32,286 bases of DNA, taken from IMG/VR virus record IMGVR_UViG_3300032218_000674, positions 1 to 32,286 of that record; one strand, 5' to 3'. This DNA comes from a virus (taxonomy: Duplodnaviria; Caudoviricetes). The position numbers were made by a program, and so were the translations under genes. Below are positions 15,350 to 23,254 of the stretch, one piece after another. How positions within the stretch are numbered: position 1 is the stretch's first letter; each line of letters begins with the position of its first letter. The notes below the pieces were generated by a model. The model saw nothing but the letters and a program-made list of their open reading frames with translations. It made no database searches and was not told the origin of the DNA.

Positions 15350-15928
15350 ATGGTTTACGAGAATCTTCAAGAAAAAGTCAATGCGTTGTTGGCAACAAAC
15401 GTCAACAATCACACTGAGAAAAAGAATAACCTTACTTATCTTTCATGGGCTTGGGCTTGGGCAGAAGCCCTCAAAGCGGATGCCAATGCAACATACAAGA
15501 TTGAGATGTTTGAAGGAAAGCCATTTGTTGAAATCAATGGCACAGCAATGGTTATGGTTACGGCTACATTGTTTGGAAAGCCGTTGACATGCCAGTTGCC
15601 AGTGATGGACTATCGAAACAAGGCCATTCCTAGTCCAGACGCATTTGCAGTAAATACAGCCATCATGCGCTGCATGACCAAGGCTCTGAGCCTACATGGT
15701 CTTGGCCTTTACATCTATGCTGGCGAAGACTTGCCAGAAAATTGGAGTGATGAAGGATCGCCCGATGAAGGAAAGATGATTGACTATATTTCGGCTATTG
15801 AGGCAGCTACAACTCTTGATGAACTAAAGAACATTTACATTGAGGCATTTGCTTCTACTGATGGAAATAAGGCGTGGCAGACCAAGATGATTGCAGCTAA
15901 AGACGCAAAGAAAGCGAGTCTCAAATGA
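15350..15928 (+). CDS. Sak/DUF1071-like single-strand annealing protein
   Basis: EKKNNLTYLSWAWAW, QLPVMDYRNKAI, MRCMTKALSLHGLGLYIYAGEDLP. Confidence 0.85.
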   Translation: MVYENLQEKVNALLATNVNNHTEKKNNLTYLSWAWAWAEALKADANATYKIEMFEGKPFVEINGTAMVMVTATLFGKPLTCQLPVMDYRNKAIPSPDAFAVNTAIMRCMTKALSLHGLGLYIYAGEDLPENWSDEGSPDEGKMIDYISAIEAATTLDELKNIYIEAFASTDGNKAWQTKMIAAKDAKKASLK

Positions 15929-16143
15929 AAATGCCACTTAACGTCATCATTGAAGTGCGTGATTCTTTGAGAGAACTTAGGAATCTTGCTTCAAGAGAAG
16001 GAATCAACAGCATTGGCAGTAAGAATGACTTTTCAACAGAAGCATTTGCCGCCACAGACAAGTCTCTTGTTCCACTGTCCATGCTGAATATGTACATTGA
16101 TCGCATCCTTGCAGAAATGAAAGTTGAGGTAGAACATGAATGA
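15925..16143 (+). CDS. Hypothetical protein (72 aa)
   Basis: ATGA coupling within the recombination operon. Confidence 0.7.
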   Translation: MKMPLNVIIEVRDSLRELRNLASREGINSIGSKNDFSTEAFAATDKSLVPLSMLNMYIDRILAEMKVEVEHE

Positions 16144-16753
16144 TATTGAACAGGGAACAGATGCTTGGAAGATGTTGCGTCTTGGTAAAGTTACTGCATC
16201 ACGCATCAAAGATATTGTTGCAACCACTAAATCTGGTTATTCAACAAGCAGAGATAAATATATGACTCAGTTGCTTCTTGAGCGCATTACAAATACTGTT
16301 GCAGAATCGTACAGCAATGATGCAATGACCTGGGGAACAGAGCAGGAGCCTTACGCACGAGCAAACTACGAAAGCAAAATGGGCGTCTTGGTTGACCAAG
16401 TAGCATTTGTAGATCATCCAACAATTCCAATGTCAGGCGCATCACCAGACGGGTTGGTGAATGATGACGGTTTAGTAGAGCTTAAAGCGCCAATGAGTCA
16501 TACACACTTGGAAAGTCTACTTGGTGGCATTGACAATCAATATCTAGCACAAGTACAGTGGCAGATGGCAGTAACAAATCGTAGTTGGACAGACTTGTGT
16601 TCCTATGATCCAAGATTTCCAGAACACTTGCGATTAATCGTCAAGCGAATCAATCGTGATGACGCCTATATTGCAAATCTGGAAAAAGAGGTTGTCAAGT
16701 TTTTGGCTGAACTGGACGACAAAGTAAACAAACTAAATGAGTTAAAAGGTTAA
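16136..16753 (+). CDS. YqaJ/lambda-type exonuclease
   Basis: QGTDAWKMLRLGKVTAS, WGTEQEP, GASPDGLV, VELKAP, YLAQVQWQM. Confidence 0.92.
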   Translation: MNDIEQGTDAWKMLRLGKVTASRIKDIVATTKSGYSTSRDKYMTQLLLERITNTVAESYSNDAMTWGTEQEPYARANYESKMGVLVDQVAFVDHPTIPMSGASPDGLVNDDGLVELKAPMSHTHLESLLGGIDNQYLAQVQWQMAVTNRSWTDLCSYDPRFPEHLRLIVKRINRDDAYIANLEKEVVKFLAELDDKVNKLNELKG

Positions 16754-16754
16754 T

Positions 16755-17003
16755 ATGGAAAAATTTGATAACAGCGGCGTACTTTTCAAAGCTAAGGAAA
16801 TGAAGAATGACCGCAGCCCACAGTACACAGGAAACATCATGGTCAATGGCACTGAATACTGGCTCTCAGGGTGGGTGAAAGAGTCAAAGAATGGTCAAAA
16901 GTTCTTTGGTTTGGCAGTGAGTCCAAAGGATGCACAACAAGCGCCTAAAAAAGCAGCACCAAAAGGCGTAGAGTTTGAGGATGATTCATCTATCCCTTTT
17001 TGA
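16755..17003 (+). CDS. Small SSB-like protein
   Basis: SGVLFK...PQYTG...YWLSGW beta core and an acidic EDDSSIPF tail like bacterial SSB C-termini. Confidence 0.7.
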   Translation: MEKFDNSGVLFKAKEMKNDRSPQYTGNIMVNGTEYWLSGWVKESKNGQKFFGLAVSPKDAQQAPKKAAPKGVEFEDDSSIPF

Positions 17004-17013
17004 TGTGATTTAA

Positions 17014-17079
17014 GAGGGAAAGCGGATGTTGTTGGCGTGCCTACGGGAAGCGACCTATAGCGCAGCGAGTACCTCACCA
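17014..17079 (+). ncRNA. Candidate small structured RNA ending in ACCA
   Basis: GAGG/CCTC closing stem plus ACCA, GAA opposite AGTA, TGTTGT/ATAGCG stem, C(TACG)G tetraloop. Confidence 0.5.
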
Positions 17080-17096
17080 ATTTAATAGGAGTTAAC

Positions 17097-17408
17097 ATGA
17101 TTTTCAAAGACATTTTCGGATCAACGCCACTGTTCAAGCTGTTTCGTAAAAACGACCCACAGACATCGTTTCTTGCGGCAGAGAAGGTTGATACCAGCAA
17201 GCTACAACAACTCGTCTATGAGGCTATAAAGTCCCACGGTGAGCATGGCTGCATCTCAGATGAAGTGCTAATGAAGTTTCCTGCACTGCCATACAGTAGC
17301 GTAACAGCACGATACAAAGCATTGCTTGACAAAGGACTGATTGAAATTACTGGTAACAGGACAGGTCGATCAGGTCGATTGCAACGAGTTATGAGGGCAG
17401 TCAAATGA
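17097..17408 (+). CDS. Winged-helix DNA-binding protein-like
   Basis: RKNDPQTS..AA, then GCISDEV...YSSVTARYKALLDKGLIE...RLQRV; AATAGGAG RBS. Confidence 0.8.
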   Translation: MIFKDIFGSTPLFKLFRKNDPQTSFLAAEKVDTSKLQQLVYEAIKSHGEHGCISDEVLMKFPALPYSSVTARYKALLDKGLIEITGNRTGRSGRLQRVMRAVK

Positions 17409-17584
17409 GAAAGTATCTTGACCTTATTGGTTATCCAATCATGCTTGGATCAGTCTACGTCCTGCTTGGATTCGTAAATTGGGACAAAGACCCTGCAACC
17501 TGGGAAATCAGTCACAGAACAATCTGGATTGCCTGGGGCTTGGCATGGGGTTGGGCGCTCAGTCTACGCATTAAGGAGCACTGA
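17405..17584 (+). CDS. Small two-TM membrane protein (59 aa)
   Basis: Hand-translated MRKYLDLIGYPIMLGSVYVLLGFVNWDKDPATWEISHRTIWIAWGLAWGWALSLRIKEH; ATGA coupling. Confidence 0.7.
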   Translation: MRKYLDLIGYPIMLGSVYVLLGFVNWDKDPATWEISHRTIWIAWGLAWGWALSLRIKEH

Positions 17585-17685
17585 TGGACAGCCTAACATT
17601 GATGTGCATGCTGCTTATCATTGGCACTTTGTTTGGTGCTCTAATCTTCTTGTTTTTCCTGTTGTTGATCAGCGCAGACGTATGA
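17584..17685 (+). CDS. Small single-TM protein (33 aa)
   Basis: MDSLTLMCMLLIIGTLFGALIFLFFLLLISADV; TAAGGAG RBS, TGATG coupling. Confidence 0.65.
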   Translation: MDSLTLMCMLLIIGTLFGALIFLFFLLLISADV

Positions 17686-17873
17686 ATGAAGAAGATAAAA
17701 AAGCAAGGAAAGCCTTAGAGGAAATCCTTGCTGGTTCTCAATGTACCCACAAGGAAAGACTGTTCTTTCTTTTGGGGTACGAACGAGGCATGCTAGAGCA
17801 CAGACAACGCCTTGGTGGTAGCAGCAATCCTGTCGTTCAAACCGATAGTTCCACCATTGATCTTTTTGGTTAA
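17682..17873 (+). CDS. Hypothetical protein (63 aa), 3' end antisense to the endolysin
   Basis: ATGA coupling; MNEEDKKARKALEEIL... Confidence 0.6.
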   Translation: MNEEDKKARKALEEILAGSQCTHKERLFFLLGYERGMLEHRQRLGGSSNPVVQTDSSTIDLFG

Positions 17874-18386
17874 ACCAAGATGGTCTAAAGATTCGGCAGA
17901 ATTGTTGCAATTATGGGTTTTCCAGAACCATCCAGCAGTCTGTGCAGCATATCTTGGAGTAGCAACCAGGTCAGGCTCCATCACAAAATCAACACCTAAT
18001 GCTTGTCCAGCATGAAAATAATTTGCATGACCAGTAAGCTGAATACATCCACGACCACGAAAACGATAACCATCACCAGAAGCCTCGTCTCTATTTCCCA
18101 TTCTTGAGGCGTACACCATATTGGCAATTTTCTTGGGGTTTTTGGCATATTGATTGGCAAAATCTAAGTTTGGAAAGCGTTTAGGCCACAATTTCATTAG
18201 GGTTTCTGCACGATAGTTCAGGTTTTCCTCAAGTATTTTGAAGTGACCGCACTCATGCCCACACTGACCAATGAAGGCGGCTTGCTGATTCTTGGTTACA
18301 AGCCCAAAACGCTCAAATGTCTCGTTTAACGGATCAACCCACTCAGGGCCAATGTGCAAGGCGGCTAGTTGATTACTGTTGAGCAT
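17793..18386 (-). CDS. Endolysin, glycoside hydrolase family 19
   Basis: AAFIGQCGHEC, EENLNY, GDGYRFRGRGCIQLTGHANY, AGWFW, TKKINGG. Confidence 0.92.
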   Translation of the reverse strand: MLNSNQLAALHIGPEWVDPLNETFERFGLVTKNQQAAFIGQCGHECGHFKILEENLNYRAETLMKLWPKRFPNLDFANQYAKNPKKIANMVYASRMGNRDEASGDGYRFRGRGCIQLTGHANYFHAGQALGVDFVMEPDLVATPRYAAQTAGWFWKTHNCNNSAESLDHLGLTKKINGGTIGLNDRIAATTKALSVL

Positions 18387-18864
18387 TTACGGTATTCCTT
18401 ATAGCGTTATAGGCGTCTATGCACGCATTTAATTGAGCAGTGTTTCTGTCACCTTGGGCAATTATTTCTGCGATGGCTGTGAGGGTTGCTCGTTCGGCAT
18501 CAGAAGCCGTGTCAGCCTTTCCGTCAGGTTTGCTTCCTGCTTCTGTGCTATTTCCGGCGGTAGAGGCGGAACTTGTACTGGCTTGTACGCAACCTGGGGC
18601 GGGGAGGCGCACCCTGCCAGCACCGATAAGACGATTAAGGTCAGACTGCTTTTTAGCGATGGCATCATTTGCCTCCTTCAATTCTGTTGACGTTTGATTG
18701 ATTTGCTCACTCAGCTTCTGTTCTGCTTTGCGTGATTGCTCGTTCTTTAGAGCTATCTCCGCTTGCATCTCTTGATCTCTTTGAACAAAACCTGCATGGT
18801 GGCCGTAAAAATATGCAGCTATGCACACAAATATAGCTCCAAGAATCATCCAAGGATTTGGCAT
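18373..18864 (-). CDS. Rz: Inner-membrane spanin (Rz-like)
   Basis: N-terminal TM helix, long coiled coil, flexible linker, and C-terminal helix with QLNACID. Confidence 0.85.
   Translation of the reverse strand: MPNPWMILGAIFVCIAAYFYGHHAGFVQRDQEMQAEIALKNEQSRKAEQKLSEQINQTSTELKEANDAIAKKQSDLNRLIGAGRVRLPAPGCVQASTSSASTAGNSTEAGSKPDGKADTASDAERATLTAIAEIIAQGDRNTAQLNACIDAYNAIRNTVNAQQ
18462..18668 (-). CDS. Rz1: Outer-membrane lipoprotein spanin (Rz1-like), fully embedded in Rz
   Basis: Signal peptide with lipobox LAG-C and a Pro-rich mature part; AAGGAGG RBS inside Rz; alternative frame. Confidence 0.85.
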   Translation of the reverse strand: MMPSLKSSLTLIVLSVLAGCASPPQVAYKPVQVPPLPPEIAQKQEANLTERLTRLLMPNEQPSQPSQK

Positions 18865-19367
18865 TATTTTGGCTCCAATCTAGCTGCTGCCAAGGCTTCT
18901 CGTTCATCATCCGGCTCCAAATGAGTAGGTGGCGTAGTAGGCGGTGGCGGTGGAGTCCAAGATTCGTCTAGATCAGGGTTCTTAAACCCCATCCAGTTGA
19001 AACTAGGCATAGACGATTGAGAAACAGGTGCAACTACTGGTTGAGCAGTTGTAGTGCTACTGGCTACGGGTGCTAAAGGTGGTGTAGATGGCGCACCAAT
19101 GGCATTAGAAGCCGCCTGGACGCCTTTCTTGCTCATTACCCCACCGATACCACCTACCACCAACAAAACGATGTCGTTCAACATCTTGGTGTAAGCAATG
19201 TCAATCGGGGCCATCGACTTGATAGGCTGAACAACAAAAGTTACTGAATACAACAGGGCAAACACAATGCCAGCCAGGATCAACGTCACCATAATGACAA
19301 CGAAACCCCATATTAGCGTCTCTATTTCTTCAACGGTCAGACGATGCTTGTGGTGCTGGTGGCTCAA
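18864..19367 (-). CDS. Two-TM membrane protein with Pro-rich tail (holin candidate)
   Basis: TTG start after GGAG; two hydrophobic segments; directly upstream of Rz. Confidence 0.7.
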   Translation of the reverse strand: MSHQHHKHRLTVEEIETLIWGFVVIMVTLILAGIVFALLYSVTFVVQPIKSMAPIDIAYTKMLNDIVLLVVGGIGGVMSKKGVQAASNAIGAPSTPPLAPVASSTTTAQPVVAPVSQSSMPSFNWMGFKNPDLDESWTPPPPPTTPPTHLEPDDEREALAAARLEPK

Positions 19368-19542
19368 TTTTCTTCTCCAAGATAGGTGCTACTAGGTACT
19401 CAGGACAGGTCTGCGTGAACAAACAACGAGGTTTCTGACACTCTGCCAAACCAAAGTTATCAGGGTTTTGGCAAGCGTAACGATACCTATCTTCACAGCC
19501 GCTAATCAGGATCAGGCTTAGGATCAATACGAGTCTTTTCAC
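19330..19542 (-). CDS. Cys-rich small lipoprotein
   Basis: GTG start, MKRLVLILSLILISG-C lipobox, four further Cys. Confidence 0.75.
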   Translation of the reverse strand: MKRLVLILSLILISGCEDRYRYACQNPDNFGLAECQKPRCLFTQTCPEYLVAPILEKKIEPPAPQASSDR

Positions 19543-19687
19543 GTTTCTTTTCCTTTTCTTCAAGACGCAAAATCATTGCATCTGCCTTGTTAATCCGCTT
19601 CTCAACGTGCAAAACCATGAACGACAAGACCATGATGCAAAAGATCAACAAAGAGACAATGATCATCCAAAATCTGAACTCAGTCAT
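19502..19687 (-). CDS. Small N-terminal-TM coiled-coil protein (61 aa)
   Basis: ATGA-coupled start MTEFRFWMIIVSLLIFCIMVLSF. Confidence 0.7.
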   Translation of the reverse strand: MTEFRFWMIIVSLLIFCIMVLSFMVLHVEKRINKADAMILRLEEKEKKREKTRIDPKPDPD

Positions 19688-20427
19688 AGAGTGAAATACA
19701 GTCCCATTATCTCTAACAGTCCCATTACCACTGCCGCTGCGTAGATCAGCTTGTACGTTAGTATTTCTTGGCGGTGCTCTTGTTGCCATGCTAAATCACG
19801 CTCTTTTTTCTCTTTGGTAGCACGAGCAAACTCCTGTTCTTCAAGAATCTGCTCATACATCTCAAGGAACCGCTTGTATAAAGCCTGTAAACCCAATGAC
19901 TCAGGGGTGTAGACCATCGCTTCACGCACCTGCACAGCCAGTTGGTTCATCTGCCACTCCAATTCAATCCTGTCAATTGCACTGTCAGCCACCTTTTCTG
20001 TTGTCAAAGACTGTTCTTCAAGCTGTCTGCAATGTGCCTTTAAAGCCCTGATAGCTTCAAAGTAAACCTTCAAGTTATCACATATCTCATGTACAGCCCT
20101 TGCCTGATATTCTTCATAAGAGAGTTCTGGTTCTGGTTGCCGAGTTTTGCGTTTAACGGGTGTTTTTTCCTGCTCTAAGGCGGGTTGTTGTTGATTCTGC
20201 GTTGATTTTGGCGTTATAGGCTTACCAAGTAAACCTCCAAACAGACTTGTAATCCAGCCCCATATCCCTGTGACTTCCTTAAAGATTGCTTGGGCATCCT
20301 TGACGCCACCTTCAACAGTCTTCTTGAACTTGTCAATCTCAGCCTTGCCCTCTGATAGCCACTGGCAACCAGTGCGTATAGCACTGACTGCACTTTGAGC
20401 CATGAGAAGGAGGCTGATAGGGTCAAT
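19684..20427 (-). CDS. Coiled-coil protein with C-terminal TM (probable ATT start; first ATG at 20403)
   Basis: GAGGTG sits 4 nt before in-frame ATT GAC CCT ATC (IDPISLLLMAQ...). Confidence 0.75.
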   Translation of the reverse strand: MDPISLLLMAQSAVSAIRTGCQWLSEGKAEIDKFKKTVEGGVKDAQAIFKEVTGIWGWITSLFGGLLGKPITPKSTQNQQQPALEQEKTPVKRKTRQPEPELSYEEYQARAVHEICDNLKVYFEAIRALKAHCRQLEEQSLTTEKVADSAIDRIELEWQMNQLAVQVREAMVYTPESLGLQALYKRFLEMYEQILEEQEFARATKEKKERDLAWQQEHRQEILTYKLIYAAAVVMGLLEIMGLYFTL

Positions 20428-20437
20428 GATTCACCTC

Positions 20438-21958
20438 TTATGGACGAGTCAATGCGCCACCAAGTAAGCCAGAATACTGATAACCTGGTTGAATCTCAGG
20501 AGCAGCACCAGATGCAATCTGTTTTGTAGCCAATTCAGCAGCCCTGCGGCGCAAAAGACCTTGAATTTTGTCAGCAGTCAATCCAGCAGCAGCCATTCCC
20601 AATCCAGCAGCAGGACTTGCAGCGCCAACAGACAATGTTGCAGCAGTTGCTAGTTTTGCTCTAAATGGGTTGAATTGACCAATGGTTGAAAGAATTGGGT
20701 CAAGACTTCCACCTTTGGCAACAGACTTGATTAGATTTTGCTCAGAATCGCTAAAAAAGCGCATCTTTTCTTTGCTTGCAGCAATATTGATAAAGCCACG
20801 GCGAATCAACTCGCTCTCAGATGCCTTTTGATCAAGTGCTTTTGCTTCTGCAACATTCAAAGCATCGTCAAGTACGCTTGCACGACTAGCATTGCGCCAA
20901 TCTTTTCTGGCAGACATGACGTTCTTTACTGCGTCATCAATACTACCCTTGCTCGAAACAATGTCGTTTCCATTGATCTTTGAGATGTAGTTATCAATAG
21001 TGTCAACCATTACGCTACCTAGACGCTTGATATTTGCATCTGGTTTTGTCTTCAAGTCATTAGCCATGCCACGCATTTGCTCTAACTTGGTAAACGAAAT
21101 AGGCTCATCAGCACCAAGCATGCTAGTAAATCTATCAAGAACACCTTTTACTGGTGCATCGTTTTCCTCAATGTATCGAGCAGTGTTCAGCTTGGACTTA
21201 ACATCGTCAATCATTGAACTAACGCTATTTGGCTTCAGTTGAACACCAGCATTGTCCATTGCGGCATAAGATTGCTGTGCTCTTTGCTTAATCTGATCCA
21301 TCGTGTAAAGCGTTGGCTTTTCTGCCATCGCAACGCCAGCAGCACGACCAGCAATACCAGCAGCTTTTGCTCCAACACCAAGAGCCGCAACAGTTGCAGC
21401 CAAGTCACTGCCAGTAAACTCTTTGACAGCTTCGGCAGTAGGTTGTGCAGCAGCACCAGCAGCACCAGCACCAGCAAGTTGCTGAGTCATGTTTTGCATC
21501 AATGCTGGAATCTTTGAACCCAAAGTACCAGCCAGTGATCCAGTTCCAGCAATTGCTTGAGCACCAGATTGAGCAGCACGTTCAACAGGAGTTTCAGGAG
21601 TTGGTACGCCCAAGTTAGTAAGTCCTTGGCTTTGTGCTTGAGCAAATGAAGGCATACGACTTGGAGAGCCAACAATGTTTGCCCCAAGGTTGTAAGCGCC
21701 ACGTACACCCTCTAAAACAGCAGTTGCTGGAGATGTAAATCCTTCAACAGCAGCACGACCTAACAAACCCGCTTGACGAGTAAGTTCTTCAGGCATTGTT
21801 CGTTGTGCGGCAGGTTGTGCAGCATTAACTTTAGGAATTCCAAAATCTTCTGATTTAGCAAGACCTGCTTTTATGGCGCGAGCCATGATTTCAGACTTTG
21901 GAGTTCCTTCTGGAATGTCCTCAATGACAGCACCATTTGGCAGTTCAATATCCATCAC
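20438..21958 (-). CDS. Internal virion/ejection protein (506 aa)
   Basis: Third of three Ala/Gly-rich helical proteins after the tail genes, as with P22 gp7/gp20/gp16 (synteny-based call). Confidence 0.7.
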   Translation of the reverse strand: MMDIELPNGAVIEDIPEGTPKSEIMARAIKAGLAKSEDFGIPKVNAAQPAAQRTMPEELTRQAGLLGRAAVEGFTSPATAVLEGVRGAYNLGANIVGSPSRMPSFAQAQSQGLTNLGVPTPETPVERAAQSGAQAIAGTGSLAGTLGSKIPALMQNMTQQLAGAGAAGAAAQPTAEAVKEFTGSDLAATVAALGVGAKAAGIAGRAAGVAMAEKPTLYTMDQIKQRAQQSYAAMDNAGVQLKPNSVSSMIDDVKSKLNTARYIEENDAPVKGVLDRFTSMLGADEPISFTKLEQMRGMANDLKTKPDANIKRLGSVMVDTIDNYISKINGNDIVSSKGSIDDAVKNVMSARKDWRNASRASVLDDALNVAEAKALDQKASESELIRRGFINIAASKEKMRFFSDSEQNLIKSVAKGGSLDPILSTIGQFNPFRAKLATAATLSVGAASPAAGLGMAAAGLTADKIQGLLRRRAAELATKQIASGAAPEIQPGYQYSGLLGGALTRP

Positions 21959-21967
21959 AATTCCTTG

Positions 21968-23233
21968 TTAAAGTTCATTCCACTTTTTGATCAGCTTTTT
22001 AGGTGCTGATTCTGGCTGAAGACTTGGATTCAAACCAGACATAGGACTTCTATTCGGAGCAATGTCAGATGACGATAAGCCTGGAATTGCCAGATTTGGC
22101 GCTTCTTGTTTTTTAGCAGTCATGCCAGCACGATCTTCTGCACGAGCAGTTTTGGTTTCAAGTTGAGATTGAAGTCTTGAATAGGCTTTGTCAATCTTTG
22201 CAAGATCATCCTTAAAGCTCTTAGACGTAGGATCAAGTTTGGCAATGGTGCTTTGCAGGGCATTGAATTCATTGATCGTAACTTGACCAAGACCAGATGC
22301 GCCCGTCTTGCTTGCGTCTTTAAGTGCTTGCAATACAGAAAGAGACAAGTTGGCCTTGATTGACTCAACATTGTTTTGCAGCGTCTTAGCATCCGTCAAA
22401 GGAATAGAAGAAAGCAAGTTTCCATAGCCAGTAGACCAATTGCTGATCAACTTCTTTGTTTCATCAATGGTAGAACGAACATCTTTTGTACGAGTAGTAA
22501 GTTCGCTCAATGCCTCTGCCTGATTAATCTTTGTTTCCATAGAACCAGGTGTTTCAATCACATTGACGCCACCAGCACCAGCAACACCACCAGCTTTTGA
22601 TAAACCAAGCAATTTAGCCACATTAGGCGCTGCCAAGTTAACATCCAAAGGCTCAATCGTAAGCAACTCACCAGTAGTAGAGTCACGCATTACTTTTGGC
22701 TTCATTTCTTTTGCGATGATTACTCGCAAATTGCTTTCTTGTGCAGGAGTAAGTTTCTTGTTTTCTTGCAAAGCAACATCGGCTTCAGAAATAACCTTAC
22801 GATCACGCTCAGATGCAACAGTTGCTTGCTGCCATTCTTGTGCTTTCTTTGCCTGAGCAGTACGTAAGCTAGTCTGAGACATTTCAGATGCAGCTTTACG
22901 TGCAGCATCAGCCAGCATGCTTGCACCTTGTGGATCAATGGTAGACAACGCTTGAGCACCACGCATAATTGAATCAGGATCGGTTTGATCAATCTGGCGC
23001 AATACAGCCTGACGAGCAGCAATCAGTTTCAATTGTGGGTCTTCAGCGCCCATCAAACGACCAACACCACCGCCAATCATGTTGCCAGCAGAGCGCAGAC
23101 CTGCAACAGCACGTTGTTCGGGAGTCAACTGAGCCATTTGAATAGCATTTTGTTCAGCCAGTTGATTCTGTTGCAACTGGTACTGCTCTGGACTTGAAAA
23201 CAAGCCAGCAATCATTGATGTGTTATCTGCCAT
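21968..23233 (-). CDS. Internal virion/ejection protein (421 aa)
   Basis: Q/A-rich helical protein; synteny. Confidence 0.7.
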   Translation of the reverse strand: MADNTSMIAGLFSSPEQYQLQQNQLAEQNAIQMAQLTPEQRAVAGLRSAGNMIGGGVGRLMGAEDPQLKLIAARQAVLRQIDQTDPDSIMRGAQALSTIDPQGASMLADAARKAASEMSQTSLRTAQAKKAQEWQQATVASERDRKVISEADVALQENKKLTPAQESNLRVIIAKEMKPKVMRDSTTGELLTIEPLDVNLAAPNVAKLLGLSKAGGVAGAGGVNVIETPGSMETKINQAEALSELTTRTKDVRSTIDETKKLISNWSTGYGNLLSSIPLTDAKTLQNNVESIKANLSLSVLQALKDASKTGASGLGQVTINEFNALQSTIAKLDPTSKSFKDDLAKIDKAYSRLQSQLETKTARAEDRAGMTAKKQEAPNLAIPGLSSSDIAPNRSPMSGLNPSLQPESAPKKLIKKWNEL

Positions 23234-23254
23234 TTTTGTTCCTTACTTTGGCAA

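Noticed and set aside
17014-17079. tRNA gene
   Set aside because: It ends in ACCA but has only a 4-bp closing stem and no D arm, anticodon arm or TTC T-loop.
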